64,000 nucleotides of DNA from Neoconidiobolus thromboides FSU 785 (GCA_025603075.1 MU626297.1:73933-137932); one strand, 5' to 3'. Positions 1 through 14,230 are shown, counted from the first letter of the stretch. Notes: generated from the sequence alone by a model not told the origin. Translations and numbers: made by a program.

Positions 1-336
1 TGATCTAATAATTTAACTCGTTGATTATTGATTAATAAATTATTAATATTTTTATTATAATATAATTGAACTGGTACATGATTCATTAATTTATACATTA
101 AAGTAGTTATTATCAAGAATAATATTGTATATAACAATATATTATCCATTATTAATTTATATTCTATTAAAAAATAATTATTGATTTTATATCTCACTTG
201 TAAATAATATTTTTATTCAACCTCATTTTATTTTAAAATTTCATCAAATCATTTAAAGCTTGGATTAATAATAATAATTCAAAATTACATCAATTAGAAG
301 TTGTTACTTTTTTGAATAAAATAAAATAAAGATAAA

Positions 337-1210
337 ATGGCTTCTACAACAACTAAACTAATTGAGATTACAAATGAAGAAACTTTTGAGCAAATAATTC
401 AAGGAGAAGAAAATAAAAATAAAATATTAATATTCTATTTCTGGGCAAGTTGGGCTGATGGTTGTAAAGATATGGAACAAGTTCTAGTCACTTTAGCTGA
501 ATTATATCCTCAATTATGTTATTATAAGGTAAATCAGTTTTAAATTCAAAGATAAAAAAATAAATTTTAATCTTTTAATCTTTTAATCATAATAAAATAG
601 ATTGAAGCTGAAGAGTTACCCGATGTATCCGAAAGTTTTGATATTGATTCAGTACCAAGTTTTGTATTTATTAAAGTAAGTTAAGATGATTTGACTTTTA
701 AATTACAAATTAATTTTGATTTAGGGTGGAAAATTATTACAAACTATAATGGGAGCAAATGCTATTGAATTAACTGAAACGGTTGAAAAATATATTCAAT
801 TAATAGGCTCTAAAGTGAAGCCAAGAGTCGAAACATCCAAAGAAGATATCAATGAAAGATTAGAGAAATTAGTTAATTTAGATAAAGTTATGATCTTTAT
901 TAAAGGTTCACCAGAAGCACCTAAATGTGGGTTTTCTAGACAATTAATCAATATATTAAAAGAACAAGGGGTTCGTTATCAACATTTTGATATTCTTAAA
1001 GATGATCAAGTTAGACAAGGTAAGTTAATGATATAATAATAATAATAAATTAATTTTATTTTTATTTTAGGTTTAAAAAAATATTCTAATTGGCCAACTT
1101 ATCCTCAATTTTATGTTAATGGGGAGTTAATGGGTGGTTTAGATATTATTAAAGAAATGATTGATATGGAAGAATTTATTGATAGTATCCCTAAAGAAAA
1201 TAGAATTTGA
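337..1210 (+). CDS. GRX3: Monothiol glutaredoxin Grx3/4 (PICOT type; Trx + Grx domains), 4 exons
   Basis: Trx-like N-terminus (FWASWADGC) and Grx domain with [12 protein letters not shown] and [20 protein letters not shown] introns at 529-600, 676-724 and 1020-1070 give a continuous frame to TGA at 1208-1210. Confidence 0.95.
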
Positions 1211-1257
1211 AAGATTCAATATATAAAATATCCCACTTTTATTAAACAAAAATGATT

Positions 1258-1307
<50 letters not shown>

Positions 1308-1312
1308 TTATT

Positions 1313-2071
1313 TTATAATTTATCATTTAATAATAAACAACGGGCTATTTTTAACACAATTATTAAAATAGTTGATTCAGGTAATAAATTCTATAATAAA
1401 AGTGGAATATTAATATTAATATTAATAATATACAATATTAAAATAAGAAATAATACCCTGAATATTGGAACTAATTCATTATTATTTTGATTAGTTAATA
1501 TAGCTAAATAAAATTTAACTTGAAACTTAGTAAATCCTTCTAATATGTAAATTTGTTGAATGTTTTCAATTGGTATAAATAAGGTGGTTTTTGATGTTCT
1601 TTTAGTTGTTAATTGAATTCCTAATTGTGAAAATATTGTTACTGATTCTAAATAATATTTAATAATTATTATATTATTAATATTATATTAAATATATTTT
1701 ATTAATTACCATATTCTATCCTTTGATATTTGGAATAAATCATATTAAATAGAATAAACAAAAATAACAAATGAAACAACTAAATATAAAATGTAAATAT
1801 AAGATTATTAAAATAAACAAAATAAATAAAGATCAATAAAAACAAATAAACTTACTATTCCAATAAGATTTAATAAATAAAGAGTAAAATAGAGTATTAA
1901 GGTAATAGTTAATAAATAGTAATACTTTGTTTTACTTTGATTAATTATTTTTATCTTATAACAATTATTATCTATATTTTTGTATTCTATTTTATATTTA
2001 GACGTTATTATATCTAATTGCTTAATTAATTGTTCTATCTTTTCTTCTATAGGTATTGTTTCTTGCTTCAT
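1313..2071 (-). CDS. GPI15: GPI-GlcNAc transferase subunit PIG-H/Gpi15, spliced
   Basis: ORF 1808-2071 carries two TM segments. Downstream exons read ESVTIFSQLGIQ...LFIPIENIQQIYILEGFTKFQVKFYLAI and NLLPESTIL, the PIG-H domain signature. Confidence 0.8.
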
Positions 2072-2333
2072 ATTTATTTTATTATTTATATATAATAATG
2101 TTTAATTCTATTACAAATTAAAAGAGTATTGAATGAATTTTACTCAATTTTCTAATAAATAGTTTTATGATAAATAAGATTGTTATCTACCAATCAATTT
2201 CGAATTCATTTTTATCTTAACAAAATTGTAGAATAATCATAATAATAATCAAATATCAAAACAATCAAATATCAAAACAATCAAAAACACTTTTTTTATT
2301 TTTTATTTTTTATTTTTTATTTAAAAAGAAAAG

Positions 2334-3434
2334 ATGGAAAATGAATTTTTAAATTATTTATCTCAACTAGATCCCAATGAACAAAATAAATTTTTATTAC
2401 AACATGGTTTATTAAATCAAAATAATTTTACTTTTTTAAATAATAGTAATAATAATAATAGTAATAATAATCACCATCAAAATTTCATTAATTTGAATAA
2501 TAACTATTCAATACCAGCTACATTATCAATGTCAATTCAACCTGTGACCGAGAATATGACATTACAATTAAGGAATATTCAACCGACAACAGAGGACATG
2601 ACATTAAAACTAAGGAATATCCAACCTATTGTAGAGACTATATCTTCACAAGAAAGACCTTTGAATAAGATTAATAATAATAAATTAGTACCCACCCCAC
2701 GAAAAAGTAAAGTATGGAAATATTATTCAGAATTTAAAACTGAACAAGGTTTGGATAAATGTTTTTGTATTTTATGTGGAAGAGAATATTTTAATACAAC
2801 ATCTACTTCAACATTAAGAAGTCACCTTTTAGCAAGTCATAAAATTAATTTTAAAGCGGATTCAATGGAGATTAACTCACCAAGTATGGAGCAAGCGAAT
2901 AGGAATGATGTGAATGGTAACATTAATGATAATGGTAATAATAATAATGATAGTAATAATAGTAATAATAACATAGAAATGGGTAATATTAATTTTGGTA
3001 AAAAAAAAGAAATATTTCATAAATGTTTTAAAAAAAAGGGAATCAATAGTGAAAATGGAAAAAAAGAAATCGAGAAGTTTCAATGTTTATTTTGTAATAG
3101 TTTATTTTCTATTAAGACATCGTCAAGTATTTTATTATTACATATGAAAAGTAAACATGAACAAATGTTATTAGGAATAGTAGCTTTAAATGATATAAAT
3201 ACAATGAATACTACAATATCAAAACCTATAAACAAAGGTAATAATCCTAATTTTTATGAAAGTTTATGGTTACATTTTGAGAGAAAGAAAAATTTAGAAG
3301 ATAAAAAAGTATACTCTTGTAGATATTGTTCTCATTCTTATTCAAGAACTTGTAATTTTATTACTTTAATTAAACATTTGAAAAAATTACATAATATTCA
3401 TCTTGAAGTGGAAACAAATCCAAATTCAAATCCC

Positions 3435-3467
<33 letters not shown>

Positions 3468-3752
3468 TCACCTAAACTAGCAATGTCTCATACTGATGTA
3501 TCAATTAACTCATTAGAAGAATTATGTGTATTTAAAACTGAAGAAGTTAAAAGGAATTCCATGTTCATTTTGAGTGATTGGTTAAAAGCAAATAATCTAA
3601 CAATAAGTTTAAATAAGAATCATGCTTTAAATGAATTTTTGTTTTGTATTGATAATAGTATTAATTTAAATCAATTAAATGAAGATAATAGTCAACGTAG
3701 AATATTAAAAGATAGTCGAAATAAAGAATTGTTTCAAACTACAATCATAGGA

Positions 3753-3850
<98 letters not shown>

Positions 3851-5462
3851 AAGTATAGAAAAAGAAAATAGTAATTATTATTTATATTCAAAAGATCAAA
3901 AGATTAAACAGTGTATGTTTTGTTTAACGTTATTTAGTGAAGAAACTTCGGAATTCACATTAAATCGACATTTACATGAAAGTCATAAACAACTATTTAT
4001 TAATACAATTCAATTAATTCCAAATTCAAGCCAAGATATGGCATTAGCAATAATGGCTAGTAAATTTTTAATACAAGAATTAAAATCAAATCTTATTTTG
4101 CAGCAAGAATTATTTTTAAAATATTTAATTATAAAAGAAATACCAATTTCAATATTTGAATCAAATCAAATTATTCAAGCTATTGATTATTTATATCAAC
4201 AAATTGAAATTAGTATGAAACAATTAATACTTAATACAACTTCAGATATTATATTATGTTTAGAATTTTTACCTTTATTACCTGTGGGTAGTTCTATGAT
4301 ATTAAGTTTATATTTTAAAGATAATAAATATAAAAAGAAAAAAATAATATTAGAAATTGTTAATTATAAAGTGGATATATTACAAATTCAACCAGAATGG
4401 ATTCAAATGAAAATTAAAGATATTTTAGTAAAATTTGATATCAATGAATTAAGAATTATTAGTTTATTAATTAGTATTAATAATAATAATAATAATAATA
4501 AAGATAATAATAATTCACAACAATCTTTATCTTCAATTCATCATAATTTCTTAGAACAACTTCAGTATCAATTAAATATAATGGGATTTAATACAAATAT
4601 ATTATATTTTTATTGTCAATTAAAACAATTAAATAATAATTTAATAGATATATTTTATAAACATCCCATTATTAATAAAGTATTAAAAGGATTAAGATTG
4701 AATAAATTAATAATTAATAATTTTAATTTAATTTCCAATGGTCAATTAATATTAAATAAATTAAAATCTATAGAAATTGTTAATGAATTAATAAATAATT
4801 TGGAACTTAGTATTACTATGGAAGATATTAATAAAGTTCAAGAAATTTTAGAAATCTTAATTACAATTCAATTTAATAGTGATCAACTGTATAACAATTC
4901 ACAAGTAACATTAGCTCAAGCTTATATAAGTAATCGTAATTTTTTATTAAATTTACAAACTTTATTAAATCAACAAATAAGTAATTCCAATAATATATTT
5001 ACAAAACTTGAGCAAAGTATTAACTCTATACCTAATTTACAAATTAGTTTATGTTTATTATTAGATCCAAGGTATAAATTAGGTCCAACTACATTAAAAA
5101 GTAAATGTGAGTATTTAAAATGGCTACAATTAAGCTATATTCAATGTTGTTTAAGAAATCAAAATAATAATAATAATTATTTATTAAATAATAATAATAA
5201 TAATAATAATAATAATTTACAATCCGAATTAGAGTTATATTTAAGTATGCCATTAATTAATCCCATAATTAAACCTATTAATTGGTGGTTGATGGTACAG
5301 TATCGATTACCTTTATTATCAAATATTGCTATTTGTTTATTAAATATACCAAGTTATACTAAATTAGGAGATAATATATTATTAAATTTTAATCAATATG
5401 ATCAATTTTGTAATATAACAATTAAACAAATTATCATTAACTGGGCATTTAATCAAAATTAA
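2334..5462 (+). CDS. Intronless 1042-aa ZBED-like protein: four BED zinc fingers plus degenerate hAT transposase core and hAT dimerization domain (domesticated transposase)
   Basis: BED fingers: SKVWKYY..CILC..HLLASH; CLFC..HMKSKH; SLWLHF..CRYC..HLKKLH; CMFC..HLHESH. Also LLDPRYK and ELELYL..PINWW..PLLSNIAICLLNIP. DDE, CxxH and SERxFS motifs are not recognisable. Confidence 0.8.
2535..2636 (+). repeat. 42-bp coding tandem repeat (~2.4 copies; IQPxTExMTLxLRN)
   Basis: attcaacctgtgaccgagaatatgacattacaattaaggaat / attcaaccgacaacagaggacatgacattaaaactaaggaat / atccaacct... Confidence 0.9.
3753..3848 (+). repeat. (AAT)32 microsatellite encoding poly-Asn
   Basis: Perfect AAT run inside the ZBED-like ORF. 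Many shorter AAT/TTA runs occur at 1258-1305, 3436-3466, 7405-7445, 30663-30710, 32500-32563 and 36110-36212. Confidence 0.95.
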
Positions 5463-5682
5463 ACATTATTAATATTATTAACAACAATAATAATAACTGG
5501 TATTTCTATTTCTTTATGTTTATATAGCTTCTCAATTCTCTTTTTTGTTTTATTAATAAATTTAAAATTATAATAAATAAATAAATAAATAACATCTATT
5601 TTTCTATTTTATTTTATTTTATTTTATTTTAAAAATAATAATTCTATGTTTTTTTATTTTTTTTTATTTTTTTTTATTAATA

Positions 5683-6504
5683 TTAAACTTTACCATCAAA
5701 TTTATATTCTTTTAAATAAGCTTTATAAGCTAATTTTAATACATATTGTTGCGATGGATCTAACCAAGTTAAAATAGGTTCAGGAGATAATGGATACATA
5801 ACATCAAATATATTAAACCAAGCTTCAAATGTTTTCTTACTTTTATTTTCTTCGTTATTATTATTATTGTTATTTTCATTATAAACAAAGCCTTTAACTA
5901 ATTTAATTAATAAATAATTTAAATGTTGATTAAAATTCTTATTTTTTTTCATTGCTGATAAACTTTGTAATAACCTATAAAAGTGAGTTGAACATTCTAT
6001 AGTTGATAATTTTAATAATAGTTGGATTAGTGTAGGTTCAAAACTAGTTAGTTCTTCATAATGAGATTTCATTAATTGAGATACTATATTACAATGAATT
6101 TCATCATATGTTGGATGTAATGGTATACTTTCTAATATTGTTAATATAATTTCAATTTCATTAGAATGTAAAATATATTCCTATTAATTATTGATAAATG
6201 AAAACATTATTATTATTATTATATTAATCATTACCTTATTAAATATAATTACTTCAATAATTTGAATTATTAATTTAATTATCTCATTATTATTATTATT
6301 ATTATTTACTAATAATAATACTTGAGATAAATAATCTAATACTTTATTTAAATTACGTGAGATTAATTTCTTGGTACCTGTTAAAATTAAAAAACAACAA
6401 GAATTAATAAATATTTTAATAAATAGATTATTAGAATATATTAATTACTTACCTTCTAATCCAAATTTAAAACAAAAATAATAAAAATATAAACTACTAT
6501 AAAT

Positions 6505-6537
<33 letters not shown>

Positions 6538-7402
6538 ATTTTGAATTAATCTATTCATTCCTAAATTTAAACAAGAGTCCCATTGAGTAGATGATAATCT
6601 ATTAGTAAATTGAATAATTAATTGAATAATACAATTTAAATTGTCCTCTTGATTTTTAATTTGTAATGAAGTTGAATTTTGACTTAATGAATATTCAAAA
6701 CTTAATAAAATAGAACTTAATATTGGCAGTAAAATGGAGTTTTCTAGAAAATGAATCGGATATGATTGAATTAAAATTAAATGTAACTGAAATAATCTTT
6801 GAATTATTATTAAATTATTAGGATTATTCTTTGTAAAATTTGATTGTAATTGATGATAATATTGTATTGATTGTAATAATATAAATTCATATTGTTTATT
6901 TTGTAAATTATTATTGCTTAAACTATTACTTAAATTATATAATATTATTAAATCAAATAATTCTAAAAATTTATTTAATAAATTATTTGGATTACTATTA
7001 TCATTATTATAATCATTGTTATTATTTGTAATTGTATTAAATATATGTTCTATCTTAACCCATACTTTTTTGATTATTTGATTGAATATTATATTAATTA
7101 ATGATATTGATTTTAATCTATAAATAAATAAATAATCATATAATATATATTATGTATTAATTTTACCTTTGTAAGTTATTTAAAGAATTTAATGCTAATT
7201 CCATAGCAATGATACTAGATTGTCTACATTCATTATCAAAAGTATTATTTTCTTTTTTTATTGTTAATGTGTTATTTAAAAATTCTAAAATGAATTCATC
7301 TTGTTTATCTGATTGGCTTTTATTTAATTGATTTCCTAAATTTAATAAATATTGTCGAATACCAATTGATAATACTTTATTTAATTTTAATTTTAATTGT
7401 TG

Positions 7403-7446
<44 letters not shown>

Positions 7447-8149
7447 ATAAAAATTGATTTAATGAGTTTAATAACCAAGAAATATAAGATTGATCATAGC
7501 GAATAAGATGAATACCCATATTATTGTTTATAACTAAATTTATTAATATTGTTAAACTTAATTCCCAACTATTATAAATTTGTTGATTTAATGTTGAATT
7601 ATTATTATTATTATTATTAAATAATTGTTTGATTAATTTTTGTATTGAATAAATAATAACAAATAATTGATCTCTTAAATTACTATCAATATATTCTTCT
7701 GGAAAATAATTGAGTAACATCAAATTATGATTAATTTCTTTTAATACGTTTTCATTACATTGAATATTATTATTATTAGTTATTGATATTTTTTGAATTT
7801 CAGAAATAATCTGTTGATAATCAATTTCTTCTTTTCCTTCAGTTTGTAAATAATTATTATGATTAAATAATAATTTATGTGTTTTACTTAACAAATTGAA
7901 TACGAATTGATTTTTAAATTTAGTGATCTCATAAAATCGACTACTATTTAACAATTCATATAGGATTGAATTATATGTATTATTGTTATTATTGATTATT
8001 AAATTAGTAATATCATTTAATTGTTGTTTATTTGCTAAACTAATAACTAATGGAAACCAGGGACCAATTAATGTCTTCAATAATATATTATTATTACTAT
8101 TATTATTATTATATTGAATTAAATTAATAGTACAATCTAAAATATTCGA

Positions 8150-8184
<35 letters not shown>

Positions 8185-10339
8185 AATAATAATTAAAATC
8201 TAATAATTGAAATAAAAATCGAACTAAACAATTTAAATAATTGCCATTCATTAAATAATAATTGTATTGATTACTAATACCAATTAATAATTCATTAATA
8301 ATTGGTTGATTTAAATTATATTTTGGTAAATAATCAATAATAGTATTAATTAATAACAAACAATTGCTATTTAATTGATATTCTATTGAATTTAATTGAT
8401 TACTTATTTGTTGTTGACTATTATTGAATTTAGTTTGCTGAATTTTATTATTAATTTGTAATATTGGATTATCTTCAATTTTATTCAAATTTCTAAAATA
8501 TTCGTTTTGAAAATAATTCAATAATTTATCAAATATTTGTTGTAATAATTGATGGTCTATACAATGTTTAGGTATACCAAGTAATGTATGAATTAATAAT
8601 AAAATCACGCTTACTTTATTCCTATTATTGTTACTTTCTTTTTCTGTTTTACTTTTTTTATTTTTATGTTCTTCTATTAAATTAATCTCAATTTCATCTT
8701 GATTTTCTTTTAATATATTCTTCTCATCTACAATGGCTTTAAAAAATAATTGAATAATAACTCCATTTAACATAATTGAGTTCATTTCTTTTAATAATAA
8801 TTTATATTGTCTAATAAATGGTCCATAATAAAACAAACTTTGTAATCCTTGCTTCTCATTTTTAATGTTATACTTTAAACTAGTATTGATAATAGTATTA
8901 AAAGATACCTCCCATAATCGTGCATCATGATATTCTTTAATTAATGCTAATGCTAATTCACTGGCTTCTTGTTGAATGTTTTCTGTCGGATATAAAACTA
9001 ATTCCCATAATTTTGGTATTTCCTGTTGTACTAATAAATAATCAATTTTAACAAAGGAAGTATAAGCCTTAATTAAACTAGGTAAATTAACATCATCATT
9101 GATATCATAGCTAAATATGATTTGTTTTACTTGTTGTAATATATCCATTTGTTGTTGTTTAATAATATCATTTGTTGGTTGATATAGTTCATAATATGCT
9201 ATTTTTTCTATTATCTTTGATAAGCTAATGATCTGGTAAGTTTTATAATTGTTATTACTTTCTATTTTAATATTGATTATTACTTTTAATAATTGTAATA
9301 TAAAACTAAATTCTAATATAACAGCTGGTCGGTTGGGATTTTTTTTAATAAATAAATCAATTAATTGTGGTAACATCAATAATAAGGTTGGATTAGTATT
9401 ATTGTTATTTTCTTCTATTGATTTTTTAATCTTTTCAAATAATAATTGGCGATAACTTTGAGTTAATTCAGACGAATAAATAGTACCATAATCTATTAAA
9501 TAACTGGGATGAAATAAACTAATACTTAAAAATTCTTTAATTTTTCCTTGTAGTAAAATAATATTTTCATTTTCATTTTCATTTAGGTTGTTTTCAATAA
9601 TCTTATTTAATTGAAATTGGCATTTTAATATTGTTATTAATAATTGATCCACAACTGTTTGAAATAATTTTTTATAAGTCGGACTCCAATTAATTAATTT
9701 AATAAGATAGCCTGAAAGCATAATTAACAATTCAATAATTGAAGCTAAAAACTGTAATTTTTCTTTTAAATTGAACTCTTCTTCTTCAACTTCAATAACC
9801 TTATCAAACAATAAAAAACATTCCAAATATAATTTAATTAACCCATCCGAATTCATGGCTTCTAAATAATTGAAACAAACTGAAAACGCTTTTGTTGATA
9901 ATACTAATAATTGTTGATAAATTTCTATCTCTTCTTTTCTGTACTCTTGATTTAATTCTTTGATAATATATTTTATTGTACTTGTAATAACTGTAACAAT
10001 GGGTAATTTAGAAAATAAATTTTTTACCTTAATATCCTTATCAAAACTATTTAATTCTTTATTCTCTTCATTCAATTTCATTAATAATTTAGTAAAAAAT
10101 GACCAATATCTAATACTTAAATAAGGAGTATCATTTAAATAAGTTGTATGATAAATAGTAGATTTAGATATCAATTGAATATTCCATTCTAATAAAAATG
10201 TATCTAAATTTTGTAACGTAGTACTGGTAGGGTCTTGTAATACTTTTTCAGCTATTTCTATTTTTTGAGTGTTGGATAAAGAACTTCCCTTTAAACTTTT
10301 GACTAATCGATCTCCGCTAATCTTAAATGGCTCCGACAT
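5683..10339 (-). CDS. URB2: Nucleolar pre-ribosomal-associated protein Urb2/Npa2, multi-exon
   Basis: 1058-aa first exon (LVKSLK..FLLEW). Last exon has the Urb2 C-terminal pattern AWFNIFDVM..LKLAYKAYLKEYKFDGKV. Intervening exons lie at ~6100-7100. Confidence 0.8.
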
Positions 10340-10539
10340 GATATATTCTATTTCTATTTCTATTAAAAGTAAAATAAAATAAAATTGAAAATGTAGGATT
10401 AATTATTTTTTAACAATCTATCAACTTGATTTAATTGGTTCATTTTAATCTCAATTTTTTTTCGAAAAGTTAAAATATTGAGCTTTAAAATTGCATTAAA
10501 CTATTCTTTAACTAAACAACATTGAATAAAAACTAAAGT

Positions 10540-11276
10540 ATGGTCAACCCACGCCAACGTCGTAAGCTTAAAAACCCAGTGCAGAAGCGTAAAGCAAAAA
10601 AAACGAATCGAAAAACAGCTGTCCCCGGAATTGCTTTAGTCCAACAACATTGGGATAAATCCAAGTCGATTCAAGAAAACTATTCGAATCTCGGACTTAT
10701 GCAACGGCTTAATAAACCAAAAGGAGGTATAAGTTCTCAAATAACTGAAGATAGCACGAAGCCATTTGATTTATCTAATTGTGAATCCATGGATAATGCT
10801 ACTTTATCAAGATATATTGGACCTGAGTTTGGTGTTATTGAAAGGGATGAAGAGGGTAATATTGTTAATATTACTATCGCTGATAAGGAGGATTATATTG
10901 ATAAACCATTACCTAAAGCTCCAGCTAAAACAGAGTTTATGAAAGGTAAGAATTGATTTCGATTTGTAAAGGAATATTTGAAAGTTAAATTTTGTTATTG
11001 TAGAATTGGAGAGTTTAGCTTCTCAAGAGGTAACTGCAGCTAAATTTATTGGTGAACTAGATAGAAAAATGTGCGTTCAATTGATAAATAAATATGGCGA
11101 TGATTTTAAGGTAAGAAAGTTTATAAATTATTGTTTATCGTTTTAATTAATGCTTGTTTTAAATACAATAGGCTATGTCAAGGGATCATAAAATTAATAT
11201 GAATCAACTTACACCTAAACAAATTAAAAGGTTGATTGAGAAATATCATAGCATTGTTGGAGAAGGAAAAGAATAG
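10540..11276 (+). CDS. NOP16: Nucleolar protein Nop16, 3 exons
   Basis: MVNPRQRRK, WDKSKSIQENYSNLGL, LINKYGDDFKAMSRDHKINMNQLTPKQIKRLI; stop TAG at 11274-11276. Confidence 0.92.
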
Positions 11277-11353
11277 GTTCTATTTTTGGTGTTAGAAAAA
11301 GAAAGAAATATTATAGAGAAATTATTAAATTTTTATTTACAATTTATTCATAT

Positions 11354-11411
11354 ACTTTTAATTATGTTACTTTTAATTATGTTACTTTTAATTATGTTAC
11401 TTTTAATTATA
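11354..11411. repeat. 15-bp minisatellite (acttttaattatgtt) x~3.7
   Basis: Direct tandem repeat downstream of NOP16. Confidence 0.9.
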
Positions 11412-11966
11412 TTCCAATTGACTTTTTTATTAAAGTAACACATTTATTAAGTTTATACACTAAAGTTATGTCCTTATTGAGTTCATATTCTTAGTTAGGT
11501 AGGGAAATATCTATTAAAATCTCTTGCTTATTTAGTTTTAGAATAAGCTACATAATAGCTATAAATGGAACTATCATGTTATAATTTATTCAATGCCTAG
11601 GACCTTGGGTTATGAATGATAATATTAAAATAGTTTAAATAATCTAATATTTTTTATAACACTGTTAGCTAATGATTTATTTTATTTATTAGATATTCAA
11701 TTATAAATATAAATGATTGTGTTGACTATTTGTTTGCCAATTTCTATATTATATATATACCATCTTATATAAATTTGAATAAAGTATCATATTACTTAAC
11801 TTAATAGCTATTGATATTCTCATTATTTATTATAAAAACACATTACAATCTAAAATATAGAAATTTAAAATAAAGGTAAGAATAAAAATTATAAAGTTAG
11901 TTTATTCTATAACACCATTAATATATATATCAAACCGTCAACTTTCTATACTCCTTTGCACCCGTT

Positions 11967-12932
11967 CTACTCCTTCTTTTTACTTTTCTTTTCTTTTTTC
12001 TCCTCTTTTTCCTTTTTACTTTTTTTTTCTTTCTTTTCTTTCTTTACCTTCTTTTCTTTTTTCTCTTTTTTAATATCCTCCCCTTCCCTTTTTTCCTTCT
12101 TAACTTTCCCACTCATAATAGTTTCATTAACTTCAACTACTTTCGCAATATCGGCTCCTGTTCTAACTAGTTTTCCCACTTGTTCAGCGCGAGCACCTTT
12201 ACGTGCACTCAATCTTCCACAAGCTTCAAACAAAGCTTCATCACTGATTTTAGTAGTAAAATCTCTATATTAATGTAAAATATTAACATTTTTATCAATT
12301 TTTCACCAGAACAAAGCTAAATTTACTCTACTTGAAAGTCAGCAGCGGAAGACTTATTAAAATAACCATATAATGTATTCTTTAAAATAATTTGATGTTG
12401 GTTTAAAATTCGAATTGGACCTGAAATAACTTGTTCCTCTTTTTCCTCTTTTTTTTGCTTTTTTCCAGATGGTCGTTCAATACTGATAATACCCATTGTA
12501 TTCTTTTCAATTGATTCGATATCAGTACTTTTTACTTGAATTTCCTATTGACCATTTTCTATTAATAAAAAATTCGTTTGTTTAATATTAACTAAAGACT
12601 TACCCCATTTTCATTATCGACTTGAACAGTTGAAGATACTTTATTATAAACATGATCCCACCATGCAAACTCATAATCATTTTTAGCACCTACCTAATAG
12701 CAATAATAAAATTTTATCTTGATATTATTATTATCATTAAATTACCCCTCTAGTATCAGATTTTTTAGCTACAGTAATAGCTTTTTTTATACCTTTTCTA
12801 TCTTTTCCCAAACCTTCTCCTCTAGTAGGTGTTTATATTAATATCTTTTGATTTATATATTTCCATTAATCCAAGTACTTACTTGCTCCATCCTTGATTT
12901 CTTAAATGTTTTTCAGCAAATGGCCCGGTCAT
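11967..12932 (-). CDS. G-patch protein, GPATCH4/Tma23-like (ribosome biogenesis), spliced
   Basis: MTGPFAEKHLRNQGW..GEGLGKDRKGIKKAI (G-patch), WWDHVYNK, LYGYFNK, SDEALFEACGRLSARKGAR and a KKE-rich tail. Confidence 0.8.
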
Positions 12933-13139
12933 TTTGAGTAGGGTAATATTAATAAAATAATTAATCAAGTTTTTCTGTTAAAATGGTTCCTGCCTTATGC
13001 AAATTTAGTGGTAAAATTAAGGTCAAGAACTTTTAATCTAAAGTTTTGCAATTTGGGTAAAAAGACTGGGCAAAAATAGGAAATTGCAGGTTGCTAAAGT
13101 TTTGTACTTTTCAAAATTTTAAGCCATACGAAGATAAGA

Positions 13140-14230
13140 TAAATTATCAAATGAAGCCAACAAATTCTTTGAAGCTTTAGCAGCCCGTGAAGTTTTCAGT
13201 AAACCTAAAGTGAAGCCTATGGATAAAAAAGACAGGCTTAATAAATAGAAAGGTGTAAGAATACAAAGTTTGACTGAAGATGAAAAAACAAAAAGCAGAA
13301 ACTAGAAAGCGCGTGAATGATGTAAATGAAACTAATATTGATTTTCATTCTAATATTTATGATTTAGGTGGATTAAAAGACATAATACTAAAAAATTCGA
13401 TCAGCTACACATATGGAGATTTAGAACTATTAAAAACAGTGAGGAAAATAGTCATTAATATTTAATATCAAACATATTCTAGAAAGCTCATGAGCCTAGA
13501 ACAATAAAACAAATAGCGAAGTAAATTAACATCAAAGGATGGGAAGAGTCTAGGTTGTATGATCATTTAAAAATAGTTGACAAAGTTACCTACAATCTTG
13601 AAAATGATACTTCGAATTAAAGTAATTTTCAATCTAAAAAAAATCAAACTAATCATATAGGCCCGATTATGTTGTAAAAGAACCTGATGATTTATTTAAA
13701 ATTGTTTGTCTTCAGTATAGGGATAACTCAAATGAGAGAGTGATTCTTTAACTGGACTTAAAACAAAAAGGCTTGTTGAATCCATAATGGGTTTAGTTCC
13801 TTTTGCAGAAAATTTTATAGAAGTAAAAAAGTATGTTTTTAAAGAAAAGCGCGGAATGAAAAGCTTACATTATAAAATTTACACTATGTCATGTGATGTT
13901 GCTGATAATATAGAGATAGTAGTGTAAAATTATAGGATTTTCATTATTTTATAATTTATGGTCATGTGGGGGTAAACTTGGGGCACTTGATCAAACAGAT
14001 CTTATATCCCAGATGGAGAAGAGTGAGTTTAGTTTAGATCAATATCTTTTGCTTGTATTGCTATAGAGGACTTAAAAACTATGGGGAAACCTTTATTAAA
14101 AAAGGATACAGAGGTAAGTTATGCTATAGTTTTAGCACTGTTTATTGTAAACAACTTAAAGGGTTCAAAGCCAATTGTTGAAAAACCTTATCAATCTAGG
14201 CAAAAGCAGAAGCGTACCAATATTCACTTG
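13140..14230 (+). mobile_element. Degenerate retroelement relic (gag/pol-like fragments with an integrase-type HHCC zinc finger)
   Basis: Coding-like sequence broken by stops. 13942-14061 reads H-x6-H-x28-C-x2-C with GHVG (HYFIIYGHVGVN...IFCLYC), the Ty3/gypsy-type integrase zinc-finger spacing, with one in-frame stop. Confidence 0.4.

Noticed and set aside
2334-5462. Active hAT transposon
   Set aside because: No TIRs or 8-bp TSD visible, and the catalytic motifs are degenerate.
11956-12273. Antisense or shadow ORFs (also 2877-3083, 9249-9455, 22152-23009, 36046-36693, 41185-41580, 55764-56054, 61510-61737)
   Set aside because: They lie opposite or out of frame to well-supported genes and have low-complexity translations.
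11967-12932. G-patch protein as the telomerase inhibitor PinX1/Pxr1
   Set aside because: The motifs (WW..YNK, LY..F.K, LFEAC.R.ARKGAR) fit GPATCH4/Tma23 rather than PinX1.
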